Assembly (NCBI RefSeq): GCF_018977255.1
Contig: NW_024704756.1
Coordinates: 16,866,001-16,930,000 of the forward strand
DNA length: 64,000 nucleotides
Source of the DNA: Callorhinchus milii
Lineage: Eukaryota
Direction: 5' to 3'
Position numbers and translations under genes: made by a program
Shown here: positions 37,101-49,100 of the stretch, in pieces
How the letters are laid out: each line of letters begins with the position of its first letter
Position numbering within the stretch: position 1 is the first letter of the stretch
The notes under the pieces: generated by a model
Told to the model about the DNA's origin: nothing
What the model saw: the letters and a program-made list of their open reading frames with translations, nothing else
The model's database searches: none

Positions 37101-40100
37101 TTCCCATCTAAATGAATCCTTCCTGACTTGCATCAATAGTCAAGTCAATATTCAAGTCTAATTATTTTTGTTGGTTATTTTCTGATTGTATCACCTGAAG
37201 TTTGGTCGAGACGTCACCAGTGTAGAGGCCAAGATCCATGTTCTCTAGTTTAATCTGGTTTAAGCAGTGTGCTTTACTGGTCAGCATTCAGTTTGAAGGA
37301 CAAGCTTTGTTTAATGCTGATCTGTTGCTGATTGCTTTCCTAGGTGACCCTGGTGACTGTGCATGTGGTGGGAACGTTACAGACAGAGGGAATCCAGGTA
37401 TTCCTGGGAGACCGGGTATAGCAGGAAATCCTGGAATCACTGGTGCTAAAGGAAACTGTGGCGAGCCGGGTTCAGCAGGGCCTGCAGGAGTGCCAGGTCC
37501 TTCAGTGAGTGATCAGTCCTTTATAGTTGAGAATGTCTGTATCTCTTCCCTTTGCTTAGTGTGAGCGTCAGAGGGTATGGATCTCTGGCTCTCAGGCTCC
37601 AAAGACAAGTGGACCATGAGCTGTGGTTGGGCCACGGAGATCAGGAAAGTCCCAGGTTGGATCCTGGTCCATCTTAGTAGTATTGAGGGACTACTACTGT
37701 GTCTGTGCCCTCCTGGTCCTATATATTAATAATAATCTCTGCATTTGATACACACCTCATCACATCATTGAGACGTCTCAAAGCACTTCACAGAATATAC
37801 TGTAAAGTGAATCGACTGTATTTTGTGGGCGAAACGTAGCAGTCAATTGCACACAGCAGTGTCCCACAAACAGTCGTGGATTGAGTGACCAAATTTTATT
37901 TAATTATTGAGGGATTATTACCCCAGAAAGCGATCCTCCAATTGATTAACAACCGGGTTCCTACTTACTGCTAGATAAACAAACACGTGTGGAGTAGGGA
38001 AACTTGCCCGGGAATTGAGCACACTAACCACTACACTACGGGACTCAACACAGAGAGAGCGAGAAATCATGTGGAGTCCTGTAGCTCAGTGGTTAGAGCA
38101 CTCACTTTGCAAGCGAGAGACCCGAGTTCAATTCCAGGCAGAGGGTGAAACCTTGGGCAAGTTTCCTTACTCCACACAGAGCCTAATAATAATCCTCCAA
38201 ATCCCAAAACAATAATAAATTGGTCATTTTCAATCTACGACTGTTTGTGGGACATTGCTGTGCGCAATTGGCTGCCGCGTTCGCCCACAAATATACAGTC
38301 AATTCACTTTACAGTGTGTTCTGTGAAGCGCTTTGGGACGTCCTCCCGACGTGAAAAGCGCTATATCAAATGCAAGGATTATTATTATTATCACAGGCAC
38401 CTGCTCCCTTTACTCACTGGTCCATCAAGACAATCAGTAATCCAGGCAGAGAAGGAGGCACCTGGCCATTGATGATATGGGGCACAGGATAAACCAAACA
38501 AGAGGTAGAATAGGAACATATTTCTTCAAGAGCCACCCGACCCATTAGGACTTTGATTTCCAGGGTTAATAGGAGCTGAGTGAGAAGAAGCCATGTTGCC
38601 AGAGACTGCTCTGCCTTTCCAAGTCCTGTTGGCTGGTCCATCGTCATTGGTGCCTTGGAGTCTGGTAAAGCTGCCTGGCTTAGGATCCAGACTGTCAAGA
38701 CTGTCACAGAGCTCAGATTCAGGATCCCATTGCCAGGCGTCTCACCTTGGAGCCAGCTCAGCCGCCAGGAGACTTCCCCTTGCCTTTCTTTCAAGGAGGA
38801 CTACAGGCAGCTGTGAACGGTTGCCATAACTCTGGTGTTTTGCTGACAGGCAGTCAGAACATCTCAACTTCCAGGTTAATGGCTCGGGGTTGAGCACTGA
38901 GCCAATTGGAGCTTCCAGACTAATGGGGCCTTAGGGAGAAATATACCTGATGGCTCACAGGCCTGCAGTGAGTTAAGGCAGCACTTCCGACCGACCGCTG
39001 AAGAGCACAATGAGTAGATGCAGGTCAAAACTATTAATGCTTCACTGTTTCTTCCCATGTTCTAGGGACGCCCAGGCCAGCCAGGTGGATTAGGACCAAA
39101 AGGACAGAAGGGAGACTCCTTTGGCAGCTCAGCTAAAGGTAATAAAGCCTCGAGATTTACAGCACAGAAGAGAGGCCATTCACCCATTGTGCCTGTGTGG
39201 CTCTTTTAAAAGCAACCCTTTCAGTCCCATTTATCTGCCATCTCCCCTCCCTGTACTCCTATAGTTTTACTCTGTTTTAGGTATTCAGCTTGTTCCCTGA
39301 TGCCACAATCAATACCACGGTCCTCCAGTCAGATCCAGATCAGGGCAAAAGGCAATTGGGAACTTGAGAGGTTAACCATAGAGTCACATTAGGAAACTAT
39401 TCAGCACGTTGTTGGAGCTAAGATCTCCCATTGGATTTATCTGCACAAATCTTATTCCCTATTATCTTTTTAAAATTATTTTTCCTTTCATCCGATTCCC
39501 TTTAAAATGTCTGGCTTCAACCACCATTTCCGGTAAATCACCATTTGTGGTAAATTCCACAGTCTTAACAAGGCCCCCGGGCAAAACAAAAATATTTGTT
39601 CCAACCTCCCTCTTTGTTTCTTTGTTCACGTCTGCCCAAGTAACCATAGCCTCTCGTTAGCTCTGATGTCCTTCCTTGGAATTTCTCTATAAATCTTACA
39701 ATCATAGAATCCTACAGCACAGAAGGAGGCCATTCGGTCCATCTCTTTGAAAGAGCTATCCATTATTCCCTCACCCCGCTCTTTCCCCATCGTACCTATC
39801 CAATTCCCTTTTGAAAGTTATTATTGAATCTGCTTCCATCACCTTTTTCGGGGCAATGGGTAATCAGTAAGCAGTGAAAAAAATCACTCTATTTAGAAGA
39901 TTATTTTGAGATTGAGTTAAGGAGCTGCCAGAGACCACATTCATTCTGCCTGTCAATTAAGGGCAGATTTGCAATGTTTCGATAGAAGTCAATAAAAGAC
40001 TGAATAATGAGAGAATATAATGTTATTTTTGGACAGTCAGACACACGCAGTATCCAAACCAGACTGAGAGTCCCACATACGCATGCCACCTACGCGTCGA

Positions 40101-43100
40101 CATTGTCCTGTGTTTGGACTAGAAATGCACACTTTCTCTGTCCCTGGGGGGATGCACCCTGTTTGCCTAATTCCAGGGAGTATTAGACACAGGTTACCGA
40201 GAAACTTGGGTGTACCTGCTGGAGTTTAAACCACACAGCTTGGCCACTGAGAACACTGTCTGGCAAGCTTTCCTGCTGCTTGTCCAGCTATGACCACTCT
40301 ACCTGTTAGGGCTTTGGCTGCAGGGTTAACAGGAGCTGAGGGGGAGGATTCCCTGACCCCAGTGACTGGTCAGCCCTTCCAGGTCCTGCTGATGAGCCCG
40401 GCCGGGCTGTGCTGTCATCAGTAGTGAGTGCCCTGGGATACTGCAGACCTGCCTGGCTCAGGAACTGGACTAGAGACTGTGACAGGGGGGCGGGGGGGCT
40501 TGACTCTGATGTTCTGTTGCCAAACATGTCACCGTGGGGCATCCTTACTCCCCTCAGCCCCCCCATCATAAAGAAGCTGAAGTCCCAAGCTTCGGCGACT
40601 GAAATAACAAACCGTGTTACTCTCAACACCCAACTGGTGCTAATCATGTTGCTGATATGTCCTGTTTTCGTTTTGAAGGCAGTAAAGGGGACCGCGGCAA
40701 TCCAGGGGCGAGAGGCCCTTCAGGAATTCCAGGAAAGCTGCGTAGAGATGGTTTACCAGGTCCACCTGGGCGGCCAGGGTTGCCTGTAAGTATTGCCCGG
40801 ATCTAGGCTGAGCGATGCCTGCAATGGAAAAGGGCTGGGACATGGGCAACACTCTTTCTCTCCTTACAGAACCCTCTCTTTATAACGTTTTACATCTCAA
40901 AGAGCTTCAAAGGTAATTACTGGCAAGTGTAGTGACTTTGTTTTTGTAGGCAGTGGTGGCAGGCGGTTTACACCCAGTCAAAGGTCCCAGCTTTGCCTGG
41001 GATTTGAGAAGATCTTGGAGCGGGATGAAGAGCAAGGGGTGGTTGTGAGGGAGGGGGTGTGGGGGAGGGGGTGTCCGACTGATGGCTGATTTTGTGATCC
41101 TCAGGGTGACAATGGCAGGGGTTTCCCGGGTGATGAAGGATTCCCGGGGGCACCTGGACCAAAGGGAAGCCGAGGTGGGGTGGGCTCTCCAGGGGCCGTG
41201 TTCCCACAGCTTGTAGGTATCCGAGGACCTCCCGGCGATCCAGGATTCGACGGAATTCCAGGGAAACCAGGATTACCTGGCACACCAGGTACAATGCACA
41301 GTGTGTGTACACATGATGTACATATTCCATCAGCTCATAACCATCTAATGACAGTGCCCACCTTTGCCTCCACTCTCTGCTCAGAGGCCAGTTTGATTGG
41401 AGGTGTTTTGGTGCTTGTGTTTATAACGAAGCTTTGCAATGAGGGTAAAATAAAAATGTTGGTGTCTCTCCTGAGATCCGTACAGCGCCATAACCCCACC
41501 ATTGTGCACAATCAGAAGCCACGGTTGTGAAAGGAGTAGTGAGCGGGCTTTCCTACACCATTCAAGGTGACAGAATCTGTGTGTGTGTGTGTGTGTGTGG
41601 TCTTTCTATCTGTTAATTTCAGTATCAATGAAGCTATCTTTCCGGGTGATTTTTGCAGGTATCACACTGCCCTGTGTCATCCAGGAACCTGGGGGTTTAC
41701 CAGGGTCCCCTGGCTTCCCAGGGCCACGAGGTAAGTTATTTATCTCAGTATGTGGAAGTGCTCGGATCACAGCGACCGTCAGCGATAATCCTTACGTTTG
41801 ATGTGATTTTGAAACGTCTCAATAACAATTGCTATTCAGTGTAGTGACTGTGCATATCGGAGGCAAATGCAACGGCCAGTTAGCACGTCGCGATTTTTTT
41901 TATACCTGGGGGGGATTGTTGGCCAGGACACCGGAGGAGAGAGAGAGAGAAAACTCTCTTCTCTTTTCGAATAGTCCCGCGGGATCTGAACAGGACACAG
42001 ACGAGTTCTCAATCATTCCCCTCCCCCACTCTGCCCGCCCGCCAAGTGCTGTGCTACAGTGTTGGCCCGACTCTGAGCTCAAGTCACGGTGTTGGGTTTG
42101 ATCCACAACCTTGTGCCATCGAGGTGAGAGTCCTACCCACTGAGCCAAGCTGAATGCTCGGCACACAAATACAAGTCAGCGCAAAAGCAGAAGTGTGAAC
42201 CACAGTGGCTTGAGTTACACTGCAGCGTCCAACACAAGTGCAAATAAGCACAGAATTTTGCAGTCTCCCTTCCAACACTGGCAAGCCCAGCTTCGGTGTT
42301 TCGGGGGGGGGTCACCATTTTGCGAGCTAATGATCGCTTGACTGTTATTGATTAGGGACGATTTCATCAAATCACAGATAATTTACTCTGTTGCTATGCC
42401 GAGCAAACCTCTAATTTGCATTACCCCCCCACCTCTCCTTCACTCCCCCACCTCCGCTGCCACCCTTCCCACCCCCACAGGTGAAAAAGGTCGGCCCGGC
42501 TTTCCAGGGAATCCAGGACTCCCAGGATTTGATGGACAAAAAGGACCGCGGGGATCTCCAGGCTTGTTGGGAGAATCGGGATTTCCAGGCAGGTGTTGGG
42601 AATTTGGGGAAATTCCTGCTTTGGAATCGCATGTTAACAACCTGTCAACACTGGAAACTGGCCATCAGTGGTCAGGCCTTCAGCCTCTTTGCCCCCACCC
42701 TTTGGAACTCCATCCCACCATCCCCTTGCCTCTCCCCTTGCCTCTCCCCTTGCTTGCCTCCTTCAAGGCCCATCTCAAGACCCTCCTTTTCGACCATTCC
42801 TTCGGTCACCACTCCTGCCTCTGCTCTCCCTGCCCTCCACCCCTTCCAATCCCAACCCCGTGTTTGGGTCTAAATCCCTGATAGTCCAGTGCCTTGGGAC
42901 ATCCTCCCAACGTGAAAGGCACCGTGTAAATTTAATTTGTTGTTTCATTCGCATTTTTCTCAGACTTGAACCGATAGCATTTGTTTTAGTATTTTGACTC
43001 AGGGCCAGAGATTATTTTTGACACGCCAATGTCCTCGTTGAAACGTCCTCAGGGTTTACTGGGCCTCCTGGTGATGTGGGGTCACCGGGTCTCCCTGGGC

Positions 43101-46100
43101 TGGATGGGAATGAAGGCATCCCAGGGAAAATGGGCAGTCCAGGTTATCCGGGCGAGAAAGGACCCACGGGAGAGGTGGCTGGTGCAGTACCTGGGTTTCC
43201 CGGTCAACCGGGCATCCCTGGAAGACCAGGATTGAAAGGCGCCCCAGGGGATTCTGGATATCCGGGAAATACAGGTAACAATAATCCATGACTTTTATTT
43301 TCTTCTGCGGGATTTGGAGTGACATTGGAATGACAAATGGGCCATCCTAGGGCGTAAGCGCAACTCCCCTGGTCTCAACTTCTTGTGCCCTCACCCCCTT
43401 CACCCCTCCCATCACAGAGTAGCTCCTTGTGCTGGTAGTGAGTTTCACTTTGTCGGTACACCCCAAATCTGTCAGTAACGCTCAACCAACTGATGGACGG
43501 ACTGATCTTGAGGGAGAAACAGTCGGGGAGATGGGGCCAAGGAATGGGGGAGGGGTGGTGGGCTGGTCCCAAACTTGTCACCAAGATAAAGTTTCCCATT
43601 GACGAAGTGTTCCCTAAGGATCCCTGGAGGTGGTGAAGGAGCGGGATTCGAAACACTGTGGCTTTAGGAACATAGGAACAGGAGTAGGCCATTCAGCCCT
43701 TCTAGCCTGTTCCACCATTCTATTAGATCATAGTTAATATGTACCTCAACTCCAACCTCAACTTTGACCCCTTAAATGTTCCTGTTCCTTGTAGGATTTG
43801 ACGGGCGGCCGGGATTCCCGGGTATAAAAGGAGAGAGGGGAATCCCGGGCTTCCCTGGCCTGCAAGGCTTGCGAGGCCCCCCGGGGGCCAGCGGGCCATT
43901 TGGTGTGCGAGGTTTCCCCGGCAACGTCGGAAGACCTGGCCAACCTGGACAACGAGGTAAGGCGTCCAACCATTTGCCTGAAGCCGAACAAGGCCCAGTT
44001 TGGGTTCAGGCTGATCTTATTACCAATCTGCTCTTGGAGGGGGGGATTTCAGGAATTCCCTGTATATGGCAGGGAACCAAGGTAGCCTTGAACAAGGGCA
44101 TCTCAATAGTCAACAAATATAAATAGTTCACCTTTCATCTCTTGGGTTACTGCTCGATGGAGGATAAGATATGTTCTATGCACCATTTGAGCTGTAAATG
44201 TCAAGATGTATCATAATTTTATTGAAAATAATGAACAATGTTGAATCCAAACCATCTGTTTCTTGTCAAGTGTTACTCTGTGGGCTTTGTGAAAGAATGA
44301 GCTCACTGAGAGATCTCTAAACCGTGCTGCCCGTTCAGTTATCGTCATGTTTTAGCACTGAGTACCTACCCCAGACCTCTATCTAATGGAGTTTTTAAAT
44401 ATCACAGTCTTGACCGCACACAGAAGGAGGCTGATTTGGCCCATGGTGTCCATGTTGGTGCCAGCTCCCCCTCTGGAGCTATTCACTCTAATACCATGTC
44501 ACCCTCCCTGCTATTAACACCCCCTTTAAATCTTGTTCCTCTTTAAAGTGGTTATCCAGTTCCCTTTGACATGTTGTTGCGGATTTGGCCATTTGTGATA
44601 CAAGATTCCAGGAATAGCTTTCAAATGGATATTAAGATCCTGACCTTGTTGTGTTCCCTTGGAATTTTCTTCCCCTATTTATCCCCTGTTGTAAGACTCC
44701 TTGTTAGGATGCATTAGTTCCTCAGTAAGAGACAGACTGAGCAAGCCGAGGAGAGCTATAAATACAGCTCTGAGACACTGGGCTTCATGTGAGGCGAGCA
44801 GCGAGGATGCTAGTCTTTCAGCAGCTGTTTGGGAAGAAGTCTGGCACTCACACAGTTGAGATGAATGACAGAAAATGGAGAGCCATCTCACAGGTAGCGG
44901 AGGAGCTCTGCTAAATGACCTTCAGCCTAGAAACACTTTGACCCCGGCTGGAATGAATCCCTTGCCGTTTGGCTCTGAAGCTTTGGTTAACTTAAAGGTT
45001 CCTCTGTTTCCTCTTGTCCCAACCTTGGGAGCCAAGGACCAGGTCATGTTGATAGGAAAGTCAGGCCAACCTGTAAAATCAAACCTAACATCAACCCAAC
45101 CCAAAAACATACTCCAAAGTATTTGGTTTGATAGCAAGTGGCATTAAAGAAACAACTCAATCCTTCCCAAAGTTCCAGAGTTTTCCAATGTTTCTATCAA
45201 TGTCTTATTTTCACTTTATATTTCAGATTTTTTTTTCTTTCAGGACTGCTTTTCTCCCTTATCTCTCTTCCCTCATAAGCTACTCTGTGTCCACCATCCA
45301 GCCTCTTGCCATTGGGAAGAAAGGATAGACCACTCATTGAGATGATGAATCCTGCATCTCCACAGATTGGTTTTGACCAAATGTCTCCATACAAATCCCT
45401 CTTCCCCGAGGACTTCTGTTACCATGCAGTGTCACAATGACATGCACCTCCGATCTCCCATTCTGGGTAGCAGGAGCAGGCAAGCTCTCCAGACCAGTTT
45501 TCTCCACCAAACGTAACCCAACATAGCAACAAGCGATCCAGACCATCCTACAGTGTCAATCACTCTTCTTCTATCCTTCTCCTCCTCCAGGGATAGGCAG
45601 CCTTCCAGGGCTGTCTCGATCGCAGTCTTCCTGACACCTGGCAATAACAGTTCACTCGCATCCATTTTTTTTTTGGATGGAAGGTGTTTGCAATTTCTCA
45701 TGTATATTTGTGGAGGGAGAGTGATGATGTTGGGGGGATGGGGAAGAGACGCGATTCTTCCATTTTTGTCTGACCTGTTCTGTTCATCTATTCACACATG
45801 TATTCTTCCATGCTTCTCTTCTATTCATCACCCACCAACTTTCCATTTCTGGTCTCAATCAACCTGGGTGCGGTTTACTGCATGCACACAGGCTGTGAAG
45901 GTGAGCGGGAGTTGTCTGTAGTGCGAAGCAAAGCAAAACCTGGCCTAACACTCCTGCTTTTTAAAGCTCTGGTCGTTGCAATACTTATCCCGCACTCTAG
46001 AGTGGAGCCTGCTTGTAAACCCTACCCCCAAACATTGCCACTTTGTGATTTGTGTTGTTTCATTATTGGTAGTTTTTGCCTTAAGCTCTCACATGTGACT

Positions 46101-49100
46101 GGTACCGTCTCTGTAATACACTGGAGCGGTTTGAAGACTTCAAGTGTGGCAACTCCTGAGGCTGGCAATACAGTAGAACCCAAATAGTCAAGGACAACTG
46201 AGGGAGAGAGTCTGACAGATTATAACAATCTCATCTCAGCTGTGGAATAACATGAATGAATCACCTTGCACAAGAGAAAGCTGGGAAGCCATTGATGGGG
46301 AAGAAACAGAGTGGAGAACTAGTTAGATTGTGTACAAGGTAAAAGCTCAGTGGGAAAGAACCTTCAGACCACACAGTTCTGGGATTGTGTTGGTTTCGGG
46401 GGATTGGGGTTGGTGGTGAGATAAGCAGGGTCTTCACTTTTGATAGAATCGGATGAAGTGTACAACTCACAGAGTTGAATGCACAGCAGATTATGTTGAG
46501 CAGGTACAGTGTTGGACATTTCAATGGGTGTCGACCTGTCTACAGAAATAACAGTGAAGAGACTGAATTCAATTACCAGAATATCAGTGAACAGTGAGCA
46601 TTGTACGTGTTTGGGGAGTTCATGAACCTTCTTGGAGACTCAGGTATTGGATTGGCTCATTCATGGAGATCCGTCCGCCTGTGGATGCCGATTTGCATGA
46701 CTTATAAAGGAGGTTACTACAAGTGCTGCTAGTGACATCTAGTGGCAGCGCCAACCTTTTCTCCCACTGGGTGGAATGGGAGTCCAGCGTGGATCCTTTC
46801 AGTAGCCTGGGTTGGGACGTTTCACACCTAGATTTAACAGTTGATGTGATGTATAACCAACAGTCAGTCTGAGGCAGGTTACTGGTCTGTGGAAGGTGCT
46901 GGACCTTCGTAATGACGATGGACCTTTACCGTGGGTGATGGTGGCTGTAGACAGGGTTCACTGTACAGTCATACCTTCTTACAACAAATGGTTAGCGTAA
47001 ACCTCCTCAGAGTTCCTGATAAACATGTCTTCCGTTCTCCGGTCCGAACTGAAACTCCAGTCAAATCATAAGAGGAGTTGAGCCTTTGCCAAGATGAGCT
47101 GGTTGCCCTCCCCTCCTCCCCCCCAATTAAGAACTGCTACTTTGCTTCTCCTCCGAGTTTGTGATAACAGGGTTTGACTGTAGCTCGTTAGTTTGATTGT
47201 ACATATTAACCAGCGCTTCTGTCAAAGCTCTTTTTTTCTTGTTGGTTTTGACATTTCTGGGCTACTGGAATCCACTCGTCCAAAAGTGTTCAGAGTTCTG
47301 TGAAATGGATCCAGGCAACATTTGGCCATTTGCTCAGGCCAGCCGACTGCTGTGAAAGAGCGAGTGAGACACCAGGTTGGGGACTACATCAGAGTAATAT
47401 TGGCTTTGACTCCCGTTGCTAGAGGTAGTGGGGGAGTGGGGAAGGGAGGGGAAAATCACCCTATGTTGTTGCTTTAAAGATTACCACTGACCACTGCTGG
47501 GAAGTGCCTACTGAACTGGGCTGCTGGCTGCTTTTAACAAGCACTGCATCTGTGCATTAGCATTGTGTCTGAGGCACTGATGTTGACTGGAGACTGGAGA
47601 GGATCCCTCCAAAAACAATAATAAATTGGTCATTTTCAATCTACGACTGTTTGTGGGACATTGCTGTGCGCAATTGGCTGCCGCGTTCGCCCACAAATAT
47701 ACAGTCAATTCACTTTACAGTATATTCTGTGAAGCGCTTTGGGACGTCCTCCCGACGTGAAAAGCACTATATCAAATGCAAGGATTATTATTATTATTAT
47801 TACGTGTAGTGCTGGTGAAGATTGCACTGGCTGGCTTTTCTGGCATTGTGAGGCTGTTAAAGCCTTTGCTCTCCCCCCTCCTCCCCAAACACCCTGACAG
47901 GTCTGACTCAATCAAAGGTCAAGAGATGACAGCCAAAAGAGTCATGAATTCTGGCTTGTTTATCTGACGCTCCAGCTGGCAGGAGATGAGGACACATCTG
48001 GACACCTCCTCTTGGACATGTCCCCAGCTTCCGCAGAGGGCTCTGTGATAGAGGGGGCCAACCCTACTCTACACTGCCCTTCCTTCCCCCCTCAAAATAT
48101 CACCTCATAGAGGACAGAGTACAGCACAGTGTGCACAAGTGGAGTCCTGTAGCTCACGTGGAGTCCTGTAGCTCAGTGGTTAGAGGACTCGCTTTGCAAG
48201 TGAGAGACCTGAGTTCAATTCCAGGCAGAGGGCGAAACCTTGGGCAAGTTTCCTTACTCCACACAGAGCCTAATAATAATCCCTCCAAAACCAAAAACAA
48301 TGATAAATTGGTCATTTTCAATCCACGACTGTTTGTGGGACATTGCTGTGCGCAATTGGCTGCCGCGTTCGCCCACAAATACAGTCAATTCACTTTACAG
48401 TGTGTTCTGTGAAGCGCTTTGGGACGTCCTCCCGACGTGAAAAGCGCTATATCAAATGCAAGGATTATTATTACCCTTCCGTCCGCTCCATATTCCCCAC
48501 AGTAGGACTGCTGAGCAGAATCCAGGCAGGGCTCAGAACAGAACCTGGGGTGTGTTGACTTTAACCAGTGGCTTTGCTGAAATCAATAATTAAACAAGCT
48601 AAAGGGCTCTTCATTCAGTCTTGAGAGAAAACGACTCTCAAGGAGCCTCATGGAGGTGTGTAATGTTTAAATGGGATTGAAAAGTAAAGCCAGAACAATA
48701 TTTAAGATGCACTGGGACAGAAGAACAAGAGGACCTGGGTTTAGAATTGTAAAGAGCAATTTCAGGAAGTTTTTCTTTACTCACAGGGTAATTAATGACT
48801 GTAAAGAATTGACAGGAAGGGTGGTTGAGGCCTTGAGTTAGGACTCAATTGAAAAGCAGCTTGATGCTATTACAGGGGGATGGTAGGGTGGGTTTTCTGG
48901 AGGGGATGAGATCAGATGGGCCGAAGGACCTTCTTCATCCAAACCGGCCTTGTGATCTTGTTGGAATCTTGTTAGAAATTATATCTTGGGAGGAACACTT
49001 TGACCCAAAGATCTTATACTGATGCTGTCTACTCTAATCCAAATTCCCCGCTGTTTCTCCGAACCTTTAATATTTTTTTTAAGTTGTGGTATAGAGATTG

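Noticed and set aside
45432..45701. Minus-strand ORF as a nested antisense gene
   Set aside because: It is short, has no recognisable homology, and I could not build a consistent exon chain
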